Shown piece after piece: positions 54,471 through 64,000 of a stretch of DNA of 64,000 nucleotides (positions are counted from its first letter, which is position 1; each line of letters starts with the position of its first letter). A program made the translations under genes and the position numbers. The notes beneath the pieces were generated by a model that saw only the letters and a program-made list of their open reading frames with translations, was not told where the DNA came from and searched no databases. This DNA is from Acutalibacteraceae bacterium (lineage in GTDB: Bacteria > Bacillota > Clostridia > Oscillospirales > Acutalibacteraceae), in the NCBI GenBank assembly GCA_045539925.1, contig JAZQGH010000121.1, forward strand, positions 8,572 to 72,571, read 5' to 3'.

Positions 54471-55238
54471 TCATTTCTTTTTGCTCTCGGTCTTGCTTTT
54501 AATATTTTTCCCCCTCATCGACAGAGCAAGATATATAGCATATGATCCGGTGATGAGGGTCAGGAGAATGCAGGAAATAATGCGCTGCTCCTGAGTCAGT
54601 GCGGATTCATCCGAAAAGACACTCAGGGCATTGAAGATACCGTGAGCAAGGATACAAGCGATAAGGCTATCCTCCTTCAGATACATCATTACGAACATAA
54701 AGCCTGCGGCGGTGGCATAAACCACTTGCAGGAGATTGGGTATAAGCTCGGCTCCCGAGCCGTTTACAAGGTTGATAATATGACCTATGCCAAACGTAAC
54801 CGAGGAAACTATCACCGCAGCCTTAAGGCTGTCCTTTTTCATTGTGTTGAATAGTAGACCGCGGAAGATGACCTCCTCGAGAAAGCCGACCGCAAGCATG
54901 GAAAGAACGTATAAAACAGCTTCAAGTGCGCCAAGGCTCAGGGTAACACCGTACCATAGGTTTGCCGTAAGCATTATCAGTATGGGTATGTAAAGCAGCA
55001 TTGACCCGATTGACGCCTTGGAACGGCATAGTCCGTACTCCTTAAAGAGACCGTGTTTATGAAGGAAGAGAAGAAGCAAGCCTGACAGAAGGACTCCCAT
55101 AACCAGCGTAATCGATTTCTGAATTCCAAGCATATCCGACAGACCGTCACCCACCGACATAAGCAGACAGTATGCTACGATCCAAAGAACTGCAAACCAT
55201 ATTCTACTTTTATCATACAATCCTTTTAACAGCTTCAT
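54471..55238 (-). CDS. CPBP (CAAX protease / bacteriocin-processing, Abi) family intramembrane metalloprotease
   Basis: Polytopic. Motifs EEVIFRGLLF (motif 1), FGIGHIIN (motif 2), HGIFNAL. Start MKLLKGLY with a GGAGG RBS. Confidence 0.8.
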   Translation of the reverse strand: MKLLKGLYDKSRIWFAVLWIVAYCLLMSVGDGLSDMLGIQKSITLVMGVLLSGLLLLFLHKHGLFKEYGLCRSKASIGSMLLYIPILIMLTANLWYGVTLSLGALEAVLYVLSMLAVGFLEEVIFRGLLFNTMKKDSLKAAVIVSSVTFGIGHIINLVNGSGAELIPNLLQVVYATAAGFMFVMMYLKEDSLIACILAHGIFNALSVFSDESALTQEQRIISCILLTLITGSYAIYLALSMRGKNIKSKTESKKK

Positions 55239-55289
55239 TTTATCCTCCAAACCGATTTTTGCGCATACGTGCGGTCGTTTTTATGTATT

Positions 55290-55982
55290 TTACAGAAAGG
55301 CGATGCTCCATGCGATAGAAAACTGAGCCAGATAATAGGCGATGTGCAGAGCAATATTCTGCAGATAGAAGGGCTTCTCGCCAAGCTTGAAGGCAAAGAG
55401 AATATTATCGCTCACTACAAAGAGCGCGCCGCCAAGGGCAAAGAGACCTGCGCCAAGCGAGATCCTATGCGCGAAGAGACCGACAGCCACCGCAGTAACT
55501 ATAATAACTACACCAAGATAGGCGGTCAGCGGAAGCTTCATCCTTCCCTCAAGGAATCCTTTGCGCTTCGAATAGATTCCACCAAGGCCAATACTGAGCA
55601 GAGCAAATATCACCACTAATATCCAGTTTACCCTGTCAACAAGCAAAAGGGATATGGTATAAAGAACGTGACCCGCAAGAAAGCAGGAGCCACCTGCGAC
55701 AAAGGCAAGAGTATCGTGCTTTGGAATAACCTGACACAGCGCGATCACCTCATCACCCACTATGCCAAAGCAAAGGCCAATAAAAATAATGAGCGCGGAT
55801 GGAGTCGGTTGAGTATTAAAGCAGATAATAGCGCCGAAAATGATAAAGCAAAGGCTGGCAATCCCCTTAAAGATCAGGGCATTTATGTATTTTTTCTTAT
55901 GAAATGCGAGAAGAAACAGGGTAACAAATCCGGCGCACACCGCCATAAAGACAAATCCGAAAATGATCAATTCTGTTGACAT
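55290..55982 (-). CDS. polytopic membrane protein, YhhN-like (lysoplasmalogenase family)
   Basis: Eight predicted TM helices. Size and hydropathy fit the YhhN/TMEM86 family. Family assignment is from pattern only. Confidence 0.5.
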   Translation of the reverse strand: MSTELIIFGFVFMAVCAGFVTLFLLAFHKKKYINALIFKGIASLCFIIFGAIICFNTQPTPSALIIFIGLCFGIVGDEVIALCQVIPKHDTLAFVAGGSCFLAGHVLYTISLLLVDRVNWILVVIFALLSIGLGGIYSKRKGFLEGRMKLPLTAYLGVVIIVTAVAVGLFAHRISLGAGLFALGGALFVVSDNILFAFKLGEKPFYLQNIALHIAYYLAQFSIAWSIAFL

Positions 55983-56033
55983 ATTTCCCTCCGGATATTA
56001 CTTTCAAAGATAAATATTTCACTCTGATGATTA

Positions 56034-56951
56034 TTAAAGCATCTGCTTCATAAATCCGATCCTTACATCAATAACGCGCCTTGTGATATCCGACCTCTGC
56101 ACAATATCAAAGCCGTGCATAGTGCTCTTCGTTTCGTAAAGTGTTACCGGAACACCGGCCTCGGAAAGCTTATATGCATAAAGAATTCCGTCATCGTGAA
56201 GGCAATCGAACTCAGCAGTCTCTATGTAGGCAGGAGGCATTCCCTCAAAGCTATCCGCCTCAACAGGTGAATAATAAACGTAATCGGGACGGCTCTTATC
56301 CACACGGGTCATAGGCGCAATTTTCTCGCTAAGTCTCGAATTCCACATAGGCGTATCGGTAAATTTCTTACACGATTCACTGTTTGAGCGCGCATCAAGG
56401 AAGGGATAAGGCAACATCTGGAAGCGGAATCTGATGAGATGATTTCTATCTCTTGCCATCATAATTACACCGACAGAAAGAGTCGAGCCCGCACTGTCAC
56501 CGCCGATACCTATCCTACCAGTATCGATCCCGAGATCATCGGCATTATTATATGCCCAATCCATAGCGGCATAGCAGTCCTCAAAGAATACAGGATGCGG
56601 ATTTTCAGGCGCGAGACGGTATTTGGGGAAAATTATTCTGCATCCCAGCTCGCGCGCATATCTGAAGCAATTTCTGAAATGATATTCCGCCGCCTCCATA
56701 ACAAATCCGCCGCCGTGAAGATAGATAAGGCAGGGTGCCTTGCCTGACAATTCCCTCGGCGCAAAATAATAGCACTCTATTTCCTTACCGTCATAGCTCT
56801 TTATCTTATAGGTTCTCGCCTCAATATCCTTATCGCGAAAAACGAACTTAGGAGTCTTCATAAAAGGAACGGCGATTTTAAGAAATCCCTTGCTTATGGG
56901 AGGTGAAAAACGGGAAAATGGAAAGAATTCTTTACTTATATTGTATTTCAT
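56034..56951 (-). CDS. alpha/beta-hydrolase esterase/lipase (HSL family)
   Basis: Oxyanion-hole HGGGF. Nucleophile elbow GDSAG. Downstream Asp and His. Confidence 0.85.
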   Translation of the reverse strand: MKYNISKEFFPFSRFSPPISKGFLKIAVPFMKTPKFVFRDKDIEARTYKIKSYDGKEIECYYFAPRELSGKAPCLIYLHGGGFVMEAAEYHFRNCFRYARELGCRIIFPKYRLAPENPHPVFFEDCYAAMDWAYNNADDLGIDTGRIGIGGDSAGSTLSVGVIMMARDRNHLIRFRFQMLPYPFLDARSNSESCKKFTDTPMWNSRLSEKIAPMTRVDKSRPDYVYYSPVEADSFEGMPPAYIETAEFDCLHDDGILYAYKLSEAGVPVTLYETKSTMHGFDIVQRSDITRRVIDVRIGFMKQML

Positions 56952-56957
56952 AGGAGC

Positions 56958-57548
56958 TTATACCTCTTCTGTAGTAGTTGCTTCAACCTCAGTCTTTTGT
57001 CGCTTAGATGCCTCGCCCTCAGGGAATATCATCTTATTGACAAAGAAGAATACCACCATTGATACTCCTCCGTTCAGTATGATCGTGCCTATCTTGGCTA
57101 TCCAGTCGGGAATAAGGCTGACGATAACACCCTTCCATACGGAGTCTATGGAAAGAACAATACAGGTGACAACGCAAAAGGCCAAAAGATAAACCAGTCC
57201 CTGCAGATATATATTTCCCTTACTGCGGAACACCCAGCTTCTCTGAAGGAAGAAATTGATCAGCTCGCCGAGGAACATAGCCACCATATAGGCGGTGAAT
57301 TCATCTGCCTTGCCGCCCAGGATATACCACTTGAAGGTCTGACCAAACAGGGTTACGTCTGTACCCGGGAAGCCTACGTAGCTGTCACCCATAAAGGCAA
57401 ATGCAGCGGGAAGGAACAAAAGAATAAGATATTTAAAAATTGTAATGAGGTTTGAGACAAGGAAGAACATTCCACCCTCTCTCAGCCATTTTGCGGCCTT
57501 GGGATTTTTCTCCTGCAGGCTTCGCCAGTAGTTTTTGAGCTTTTCCAT
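56958..57548 (-). CDS. small polytopic membrane protein (GtrA-like?)
   Basis: Four TM helices. N-terminal EGGMFFLVSNLITIFKYLILLFL resembles GtrA-family flippase-associated proteins. Start MEKLKN with a GGAG RBS. Confidence 0.45.
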   Translation of the reverse strand: MEKLKNYWRSLQEKNPKAAKWLREGGMFFLVSNLITIFKYLILLFLPAAFAFMGDSYVGFPGTDVTLFGQTFKWYILGGKADEFTAYMVAMFLGELINFFLQRSWVFRSKGNIYLQGLVYLLAFCVVTCIVLSIDSVWKGVIVSLIPDWIAKIGTIILNGGVSMVVFFFVNKMIFPEGEASKRQKTEVEATTTEEV

Positions 57549-57567
57549 ATTTACTCCAAAATGCATT

Positions 57568-58371
57568 TTATTTTTTCGGCGATCGAAGAATGAGTCTGAT
57601 AATAAACAGCTGCATTCTGCGAGGCAAAAGATCGAGAAGCAGCAATAATGGATTGCGATTTATGCTATATGCAAACTTTGGTTTACTTTTTGACAGTATT
57701 TTACTTACTTTTAAAGCTAATTTCTCAGGCTTGATACACCTGGATTCCACGCTATCGACGATCTTCTTAAAGCGCCTTGCGTTGCAGGAATACAGCTCGG
57801 TGCTATCGCAAAAGCGGTCGAGGGCAGTGGTGGAAACCCCAAGCATACCCGTATCCACAGCTCCCGCGCGCAAAACCGATACCGAAATACCCAAAAGCTG
57901 AAGCTCCATACGAAGAGAATAGGCATATTTATCAAGTGCGCCCTTGGTTACCGCGTATATTCCGGTAAAGGGCAATGGATCAAGCGGAGCAAGCTCGCTG
58001 GTGGTGATAAGTATATTTCCACCGGAGGAAAGAAGGGGTAAAAAGGCTCTGTTGACCAAAAATGCGCCATACGTATTGACGGAAAATATACGGTGAAAGG
58101 CTTCGGGCTCCATTTCCACAAGCGAATCAAGAATATAGATACCCGCAAAATGAACTATTCCGTCAAGCGAATCTGTATATTCTCTGACCTTATTATATGC
58201 CTCTGTCACACTCTGCTCACTCGTCACGTCAATCTCGATGGGAATTATATTTTTCTCTTCCTTCCCTACCGATCTGTCGGCAGCAAAAACGCGATAGCCC
58301 TTATCGCGAAGAAGCAAGGCGGTCGCCCTTCCCATACCGCCATAGGCGCCTGTAATAAGTATATTCTTCAT
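57568..58371 (-). CDS. short-chain dehydrogenase/reductase (SDR)
   Basis: TGAYGGMGRA Rossmann motif. Catalytic YxxxK (YAVTKGALDKY). Start MKNILITG with a GGAGA RBS. Confidence 0.85.
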   Translation of the reverse strand: MKNILITGAYGGMGRATALLLRDKGYRVFAADRSVGKEEKNIIPIEIDVTSEQSVTEAYNKVREYTDSLDGIVHFAGIYILDSLVEMEPEAFHRIFSVNTYGAFLVNRAFLPLLSSGGNILITTSELAPLDPLPFTGIYAVTKGALDKYAYSLRMELQLLGISVSVLRAGAVDTGMLGVSTTALDRFCDSTELYSCNARRFKKIVDSVESRCIKPEKLALKVSKILSKSKPKFAYSINRNPLLLLLDLLPRRMQLFIIRLILRSPKK

Positions 58372-58535
58372 ATTAATCTCCAAAAAACAGAAAACGTGGT
58401 CATTTTAACTATAATTATAGCATATAAAAATATTTTTTTCAATAATTTTAACTAAATAGTGTAACTACTTGTAATATGAATTTTCATATGTTATAATCAA
58501 ATCAGCATTATAAATGCACAAAGGAGGACTTCATT

Positions 58536-60332
58536 ATGAAGCTAACAGCAAAAACCCTGCTAATCATTTCATTGATCCTCTGCCTTGTCAGCTCGCTGGG
58601 AGCAAGTCTCTTCCAGACGAGCTTTGGTCAGGTGGAATATCACGACATGACCTTCGTCACCGACAGTGGTCATGAGCTGGACGCTCTGCTTCTGGTTCCC
58701 AAAGGAGTAAGCGCGGAAAACAAGGCGCCTGCTATCGTTGTCAGCCACGGCTGGTACAACAACAGAGAGATGCAGGATCTCAATTACGTTGAGTACGCCC
58801 GCAGAGGCTACGTTGTTCTGGCGATCAGTATGTACGGCCACGGTGACTCCGAGGTTATCGAATCCGGCAGCTGGTGGGATGACGAAAACAACGCCAACGG
58901 TCTCTACGACGGTGTAAAGTACCTTGCTTCGCTTTCCTTCGTTGATAAGAGCCGAATCGGTGTTACCGGCCACTCTAACGGCGCGCTTGCCTGCCGCGAG
59001 GCTGTTCTTCAGGATGAAGAGGGCCTTATTGGCGCGGCGCTGCTGGTATCAAACGATGCGGTATACTATGACGAAAACAACAACTTCTACAACCAGTTTG
59101 GCAACAGAGATGCAGCTATCGTAGCATGTCAGTATGATGAATTCTTCCACCGTGTGGACGGTAATCCCCCAAGAGAGTACATAAACCAGGTTACCGCACA
59201 GTCGTTTTTACACTTTGGCGTAGATCCTGCGGGACTTGAAAAGCGCGTTGCGGGAAGCTTCTACACTCAGGAGATTGACGGAAAAGAGGCTATACGTGCC
59301 ATCTATAATCCCGCGATCACCCATCCCTGGGCGCATTTTTCCACCAACGTAGTTAGCTTCAGCGTTGATTTCTTTGATAGGGCGCTGGATGCTCCAAACG
59401 AGCTTAAAAATACCAACCAGATCTGGCAATGGAAGGCGCTCTTCAATGCTATCGGCATCGTAGGATTCTTCGCCTTTGTGGTTTGCCTTGCAATAGTGCT
59501 TCTCGACCTTCCCTACTTTGCACCTCTTAAGGCAAGTGAGACCGTTCTTCCCTGGCCTGCACTTGAGGGAAAGGCGAAAAAGCGCTTCTTCAGTAAAAGC
59601 ATCTGGGGCGCAGTTCTCAGTGTTCTCTTCTACTTTATCGGCTTCATAATCGGCTTCCTCGGCTCATCCTTCATCGGCATATGGAACCAGGGCGGATCGC
59701 TCGCCATCGGTATGTGGTCGGCGCTCTGCGGTCTGTTCACACTACTCACCATCCGCGGTAACAACAAAAAATATCCCATCGACCTTGAGCAGCGCGGTGT
59801 CAGAATCGGCAAGGATAAGCTTATCCGCAGTATAGTTCTTGCGCTGACGGTGGTTTCAGCCGCCTTTGCACTGGTGTTCATCTCGGATTATCTCTTCCTC
59901 ACCGACTACAGACTGTGGTGCTTTGCTACCATCAGAGCCTTCAGCGCTCACCACATTCCCAAGATCCTTCTCTTCCTTCCCTTCTGGATCTTCTACTACG
60001 TGGTTACCAGCGTTGCAGGCAACTGCTACAACTACACCGAGATGGGCAAAAAGTCCTGGGTAAGCGTGGTATGGCAGGCCTTCTTCGTATTCATCGGCCC
60101 GCAGTTTATGATAATGGCTCAGTATATCAAGTTCTTTATCACCGGCAAGATGTTCCTCGATCCCATCACCGGCATTATGGGAATATGGCTGTTCCCCATC
60201 GTGCTTATTCTTCCTTTAGCATCGGTTATCTGTAACATCATCTACCGCAAGACAAAGAACCCCTATATCGGCGGTATTATTATGGGCCTTATCGCCTGCA
60301 TCCTCACCGTAACCAACACACTTACCGGCTGA
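58536..60332 (+). CDS. alpha/beta hydrolase with N-terminal signal and C-terminal polytopic membrane domain
   Basis: Signal peptide. GHSNGA nucleophile elbow. HGW oxyanion-like motif. Then ~8 TM helices in the C-terminal 280 aa. RBS AAAGGAGGA. Confidence 0.7.
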   Translation: MKLTAKTLLIISLILCLVSSLGASLFQTSFGQVEYHDMTFVTDSGHELDALLLVPKGVSAENKAPAIVVSHGWYNNREMQDLNYVEYARRGYVVLAISMYGHGDSEVIESGSWWDDENNANGLYDGVKYLASLSFVDKSRIGVTGHSNGALACREAVLQDEEGLIGAALLVSNDAVYYDENNNFYNQFGNRDAAIVACQYDEFFHRVDGNPPREYINQVTAQSFLHFGVDPAGLEKRVAGSFYTQEIDGKEAIRAIYNPAITHPWAHFSTNVVSFSVDFFDRALDAPNELKNTNQIWQWKALFNAIGIVGFFAFVVCLAIVLLDLPYFAPLKASETVLPWPALEGKAKKRFFSKSIWGAVLSVLFYFIGFIIGFLGSSFIGIWNQGGSLAIGMWSALCGLFTLLTIRGNNKKYPIDLEQRGVRIGKDKLIRSIVLALTVVSAAFALVFISDYLFLTDYRLWCFATIRAFSAHHIPKILLFLPFWIFYYVVTSVAGNCYNYTEMGKKSWVSVVWQAFFVFIGPQFMIMAQYIKFFITGKMFLDPITGIMGIWLFPIVLILPLASVICNIIYRKTKNPYIGGIIMGLIACILTVTNTLTG

Positions 60333-60344
60333 TTTTTGAATACA

Positions 60345-60380
60345 AAAAGCACAGAAATCCTGTGATTTCTGTGCTTTTTT
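60345..60380. terminator. bidirectional rho-independent terminator between convergent genes
   Basis: AAAGCACAGAAATC-ctgt-GATTTCTGTGCTTT with a flanking A-run and a TTTTTTC run. Confidence 0.75.
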
Positions 60381-60397
60381 CTTTGTTTTATACCATT

Positions 60398-62617
60398 TTA
60401 CAGCGTCTTTTTACGAATGATCTTATAGCCGTTGGAGGTGAGAAGCCAATATGCGTCATCAAGGATCTGATAGTCATATTTGATAACGTCCTTCTTCTCC
60501 GCGGATGCTCCGTCGCGCTTGCAGATAAGATTTCTGAACTCCACAAGTCCCTCAAAGGTGGTGAAGTTACCGTGACGGCGAAGCGAATAATTCTTACCGT
60601 TTGTATATCTGAGCTTACCCTCGCTGTCGGGAAGCTGCTCGGTGAGGATCTGCTCGCGCGTGGCGGGAATCATACCTCGGCTGATCATAAAGGAATTCCA
60701 GCGCTGATGCTCGTGGATCGCCATATTCTTACGTCTGGAGGGCTTGAAATCAATGCCGTAGTAAACTATGTCCTTGCCGTTGGCGCGAAGATTATACTTC
60801 TCGGTGTTGGGACGGTCGTCGCCGGCATAGATCTGCATATATTCCTCCTCGGTAAGCGCCTCGCCCTCCGCGCCTTCCTCGCAATAGTCGAGATCCATCA
60901 GATTAAGCTTGGATCTGAGGCTCAGACAGCCGTAAAGACTGGAGTCGCGCTCCATCTGAGACTTTGATTTATACCATTTTTCATTGGCTCTGCGCTTATT
61001 TTCCTCTACGTACTGATCGGTGATCTCCACCGCATCCTCCTTGGTCATATCGTACTCGAGGTCATAGACCTCGTTGCGCATCTTAGCCATTCTGTATATC
61101 TTGTCGGAAAGCAGCTTGTTAATGTTATAGACGCACTCCGACTCATTTCCGATGAAGAAGCAGCCCTCGTCGTCGATAAGAGTCTCCTCCTTTCGCCATT
61201 CGAAGGCGCGGACAAAGATCTTCAGGTTCTTAACACCCCACTCGCGGCGCTTTTCAACCAGCTTCTGCGCCATATCGAGATTTTCAAGATCATTGCCGAA
61301 GGCGATCACAAAATAGTTCACATCGCTTTCGTTTCTCGTACAAATATCCCGAAGTCGCTCATAGAAATTCGCATCGTTAATATCAAGGTGGAAGTACTTA
61401 TCCTCTGCGGGAACCGAGGGCAGAGGCAGATAATCCTTCGGATCAATGCGACTAAGCTCTCGCTCATAGCGATAATAGCTGTGATTCATGTTCTTGTCAT
61501 GCTCGGATGGATCCTTATCGAAGATAAAATACTTGACAGGCTTGAGCACAGGATCACCGTCACCCGCAGTAAGGAACTGGTTATTAGCCACCGAGGCAAG
61601 CATAATCTGCTGATTTGTTCTGCCAAAGCCGATAAGAGCCACGTTGATGTCAACTCCCTCTCTTACCAGCGAGGTTTCATAGTCGATCTGTTCCTCATCC
61701 ATAAAGACAGAAAGCGGATAGCGGTCGATAAGATCCATGGCGATCTTCTGATACTTATTAATATAGTGAATACATCCGTGAGCATTCGCAACGATGTCCT
61801 CATAGATCGCCTGATACTTGGGATCGCCGAAAACGTAAACCTTAAGATTTAAATACAAGCGCTCGCGAAGCTTATCCGACGAGCAATTAATAAAATCAAT
61901 AACTCCGCGACAGAGCTTGATGTTCTCGTCATCCTTGCCCTTGCCCATATTAAGAACGAATATGTACTCTCTATCAAGTCTCTTAGTTACCTTCAGCAGG
62001 CTCTTAAGCCTTCCCACGGGCGAATGAGAGTTGATATACGCCACCCTTTCCATATAAAGCTTGTCGCACTCGGCGGCGGTCATCTCGTCAATGATGATCT
62101 TAACGCGCTTTTTGTCGCTACGGTATATGGAAATATTGCCCTCGTTGTTGCCGAAGAGATACAGCTTATTCTTTCTGGTGAGGAATGCCCTCATAGCGCA
62201 CACGCCGGTCCAGATGTGCTGAATAGTCAGCGACAGAGCGAACAAAAGTGCATTGATGATAACCATTGCGAAGCATAGGTAAACGGTGTATTTATAAATA
62301 TCGTCAAACTCCATAAGCTCCGAGATGCTGCCAACCTCGAACTTCATTACCACAAGGCTTAGTATCTCGTTTATGGAATAGATCAGCGCGTCAACAACCT
62401 CCTCATGCGCGTATATATGACCCACGCACCACAGAGGATATGCAATCAGATAGATGATTGCAAACGGGCCGTTTTTAAAGCTTCTGAGGAAGGCGATCCT
62501 GCGCTTTCTCTTGCTGAATATAAGATTTCCCGCTACGAACAGCGCCTCGCCGATCAGTAGCAGCAGCGCAAAGGCGGTGACCGTCTTTTCAAGCCCTATA
62601 ATAAACTCCTGCGACAT
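60398..62617 (-). CDS. membrane protein with N-terminal TM helices, central RCK/KTN-like Rossmann segment and C-terminal RyR-like repeats
   Basis: Start MSQEFIIGLEK with a GAGGAG RBS. About 5 TM helices. Gly-rich VALIGFGRTNQQIM Rossmann-like segment. Two segments resembling the ryanodine-receptor RyR domain (KMRNEVYDLEYDMTKEDAVE...NEKWYKS and AIHEHQRWNSFMISRGMIPA). RyR assignment is by motif resemblance only. Confidence 0.6.
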   Translation of the reverse strand: MSQEFIIGLEKTVTAFALLLLIGEALFVAGNLIFSKRKRRIAFLRSFKNGPFAIIYLIAYPLWCVGHIYAHEEVVDALIYSINEILSLVVMKFEVGSISELMEFDDIYKYTVYLCFAMVIINALLFALSLTIQHIWTGVCAMRAFLTRKNKLYLFGNNEGNISIYRSDKKRVKIIIDEMTAAECDKLYMERVAYINSHSPVGRLKSLLKVTKRLDREYIFVLNMGKGKDDENIKLCRGVIDFINCSSDKLRERLYLNLKVYVFGDPKYQAIYEDIVANAHGCIHYINKYQKIAMDLIDRYPLSVFMDEEQIDYETSLVREGVDINVALIGFGRTNQQIMLASVANNQFLTAGDGDPVLKPVKYFIFDKDPSEHDKNMNHSYYRYERELSRIDPKDYLPLPSVPAEDKYFHLDINDANFYERLRDICTRNESDVNYFVIAFGNDLENLDMAQKLVEKRREWGVKNLKIFVRAFEWRKEETLIDDEGCFFIGNESECVYNINKLLSDKIYRMAKMRNEVYDLEYDMTKEDAVEITDQYVEENKRRANEKWYKSKSQMERDSSLYGCLSLRSKLNLMDLDYCEEGAEGEALTEEEYMQIYAGDDRPNTEKYNLRANGKDIVYYGIDFKPSRRKNMAIHEHQRWNSFMISRGMIPATREQILTEQLPDSEGKLRYTNGKNYSLRRHGNFTTFEGLVEFRNLICKRDGASAEKKDVIKYDYQILDDAYWLLTSNGYKIIRKKTL

Positions 62618-62775
62618 ATTTTCTCCTCGCTTTCTCTGAAAGAATTGACCCGACCGCCCCGGGGCATAAGCCACCAAAAGCAAGCCAAGTGCCGCGGCAC
62701 CCGGCCACAGCCGATTTCTCATTACATATTAATTATACTATAAAGGAAGCGTATTTTCAATACGAAAAGCAAAAA

Positions 62776-62800
62776 AAGAGCCGAGGTTTCCCTCGGCCCC
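62776..62800 (-). terminator. rho-independent terminator downstream of the 62843..63808 gene
   Basis: Minus-strand GGGCCGAGG-gaaa-CCTCGGCTC followed by TTTTTTTGC. Confidence 0.6.
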
Positions 62801-62842
62801 AAAACTAGAAAAACAATTTAGGAGAAATCGTTTTTTGTTATT

Positions 62843-63808
62843 TTATTCTTCTGTGGGAGTAACGAGAGTTAATTTGTAGTTATCACCAAAGGTAAGCTCG
62901 TTTACCCACGCGCCGTACTGCGCATAGCTTTCATACGACGCATTGCCGAGCAGATTTTCTGCTACACGAAGCAGATTTGCATCCTCGGGAAGATTGGTAT
63001 AGGTAAATGTATAATCATTACCTTCCTTTGTATAAGTGCCTGTGAGAGTATACTCCTCGGACATCTCGCCGTCAACGGTACCCGCGCTGTACTTAACAGT
63101 TACCTCGGTTTCCGTAAGCGTTACCTCGGAGATAGTCACACGAGTGAAGCTGACGGGCTCGTAAACATGCATATCACAGAGCGCCAGTTTTTCTTCTGTG
63201 TAACCGAATACCTGCAATACGTCAAATAAATCTTTCTTCACCTGCTCCGGCGTATCGTTTTCAGGGAACTCGTCACTATAGTGATAATCGGGTTGACCGT
63301 CCTCTGTAATAAATACCCAGTAACGCTTATAATCATAACGCACGTCGTTGGGCTTTTGCAGAACGATCATAGTTTCGCCAGAAAAATACTCGGTATATTC
63401 GCACAGAATGTATTCCTGCATATCATTTGGCAGGAATGTACCAACCGAAGAAACTGTGCCCTCGGTCTCGGGAATCTCTTCCTCTCCGCCACCTTCACCG
63501 CCAGAAGCCATATCATTTATCTTACCAATAAGTATACCGGCTATGATTCCTGCAATGATTATTATAGAACCTAAAACTATAAGAAGAATATGCCACCATT
63601 TAAGGCGTTTAGGTGATTTTTCACCCTTGTCTTTCTTCTCTTTTTCAAAGGAAAACTCATCATCAAATGAAGGTGTTTTTTTAAACAATCCGCTTAAAAA
63701 TGAACCTTCACCAAATAGTGGTTTACTCTCTTTTTCTTCGCGCTGTGGTTTTTCTTTCTTTTCTTTTTTATCAGGAATATCAAAATCAAATTCGTCTTTT
63801 TTAGACAT
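62843..63808 (-). CDS. membrane-anchored protein of unknown function (Lys/Glu-rich cytoplasmic N-terminus, single TM, extracellular domain)
   Basis: ORF with a GGAGGC RBS and one strong TM segment (WWHILLIVLGSIIIIAGIIAGILIG). Confidence 0.55.
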   Translation of the reverse strand: MSKKDEFDFDIPDKKEKKEKPQREEKESKPLFGEGSFLSGLFKKTPSFDDEFSFEKEKKDKGEKSPKRLKWWHILLIVLGSIIIIAGIIAGILIGKINDMASGGEGGGEEEIPETEGTVSSVGTFLPNDMQEYILCEYTEYFSGETMIVLQKPNDVRYDYKRYWVFITEDGQPDYHYSDEFPENDTPEQVKKDLFDVLQVFGYTEEKLALCDMHVYEPVSFTRVTISEVTLTETEVTVKYSAGTVDGEMSEEYTLTGTYTKEGNDYTFTYTNLPEDANLLRVAENLLGNASYESYAQYGAWVNELTFGDNYKLTLVTPTEE

Positions 63809-63920
63809 TATATGCCTCCGCTATTATAGATTAACAAGACGCACGGTTTCCCGTGCGCTTTGTTATGAAGGTTGCCGCCAATGACGGCAACCTTCTGATA
63901 AATCTATTATTGTAGTTGTT

Positions 63921-64000
63921 GAGATCTGCTTACTGCTTAACCCAACCTTCCTCAGATACGCTACCCTGTGTAACAGAAACATACTTATATGTTCCTGCCT
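63921..64000 (-). CDS. 3' end of a minus-strand gene that starts beyond the window (...AGTYKYVSVTQGSVSEEGWVKQ*)
   Basis: Open frame to the window edge ending in TAA at 63921-63923, followed downstream by two hairpins (63840-63893). Confidence 0.3.

Noticed and set aside
63835-63900. Two hairpins (GCACGG-tttc-CCGTGC and GAAGGTTGCCG-ccaatga-CGGCAACCTTC) as terminators
   Set aside because: Neither is followed by a convincing T-run on the strand of the adjacent genes. They may still be structured elements, but no confident terminator call.
1-64000. CRISPR arrays, rRNA genes, IS elements/transposases
   Set aside because: No short direct-repeat/spacer arrays, no rRNA-like conserved stretches, and no DDE/transposase-like ORFs were seen on either strand.

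Overview
The 64-kb window reads as a low-GC Firmicutes (Clostridia-like) chromosome segment with four distinct parts. No CRISPR array, rRNA or intact tRNA was seen.

- **Part 1 (1 to ~8.4 kb):** the AT-rich right end of an integrated mobile element. It carries a P-loop NTPase, a phage-like small regulator, a zinc-ribbon protein, a LexA-family S24 repressor with a perfect Cheo box, and three tandem large serine recombinases. A terminator and inverted repeats follow at the junction.
- **Part 2 (8.6 to 22 kb):** an alpha-glucoside phosphorolysis locus on the minus strand. It has two GH65 phosphorylases, beta-phosphoglucomutase, a CUT1 ABC transporter, a YesM/YesN-type two-component system with a duplicated sensor-only fragment, and an aldo/keto reductase.
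- **Part 3 (22 to 30 kb):** three secreted proteins. One is a 1119-aa repeat protein containing a near-identical 393-bp tandem duplication. The other two are paralogous beta-helix lipoproteins.
- **Part 4 (30 to 49 kb):** the most interesting region, a GC-richer island.
  - An RtcB / SPFH / unknown-protein operon.
  - A tRNA-like 3' fragment in a 485-bp spacer.
  - An eight-gene co-directional operon. It encodes a Snf7/ESCRT-III-like protein, a Vps4-like MIT-AAA ATPase, an unknown protein, a coiled-coil protein ending in a cold-shock OB fold, two giant Sel1-repeat proteins (one membrane-anchored), and a tandem pair of WYL-WCX regulators.
  - A third WYL-WCX gene lies divergently across a promoter carrying GTTCCG repeats.
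  - I consider this a candidate undescribed ESCRT-like conflict or membrane-remodelling system.

The rest holds a 1479-aa surface protein with a SipW-cognate-type signal, a lipid/esterase-type gene cluster, and a membrane protein with RCK-like and RyR-like domains.

All coordinates come from reading the sequence and the ORF track. No database searches were run.
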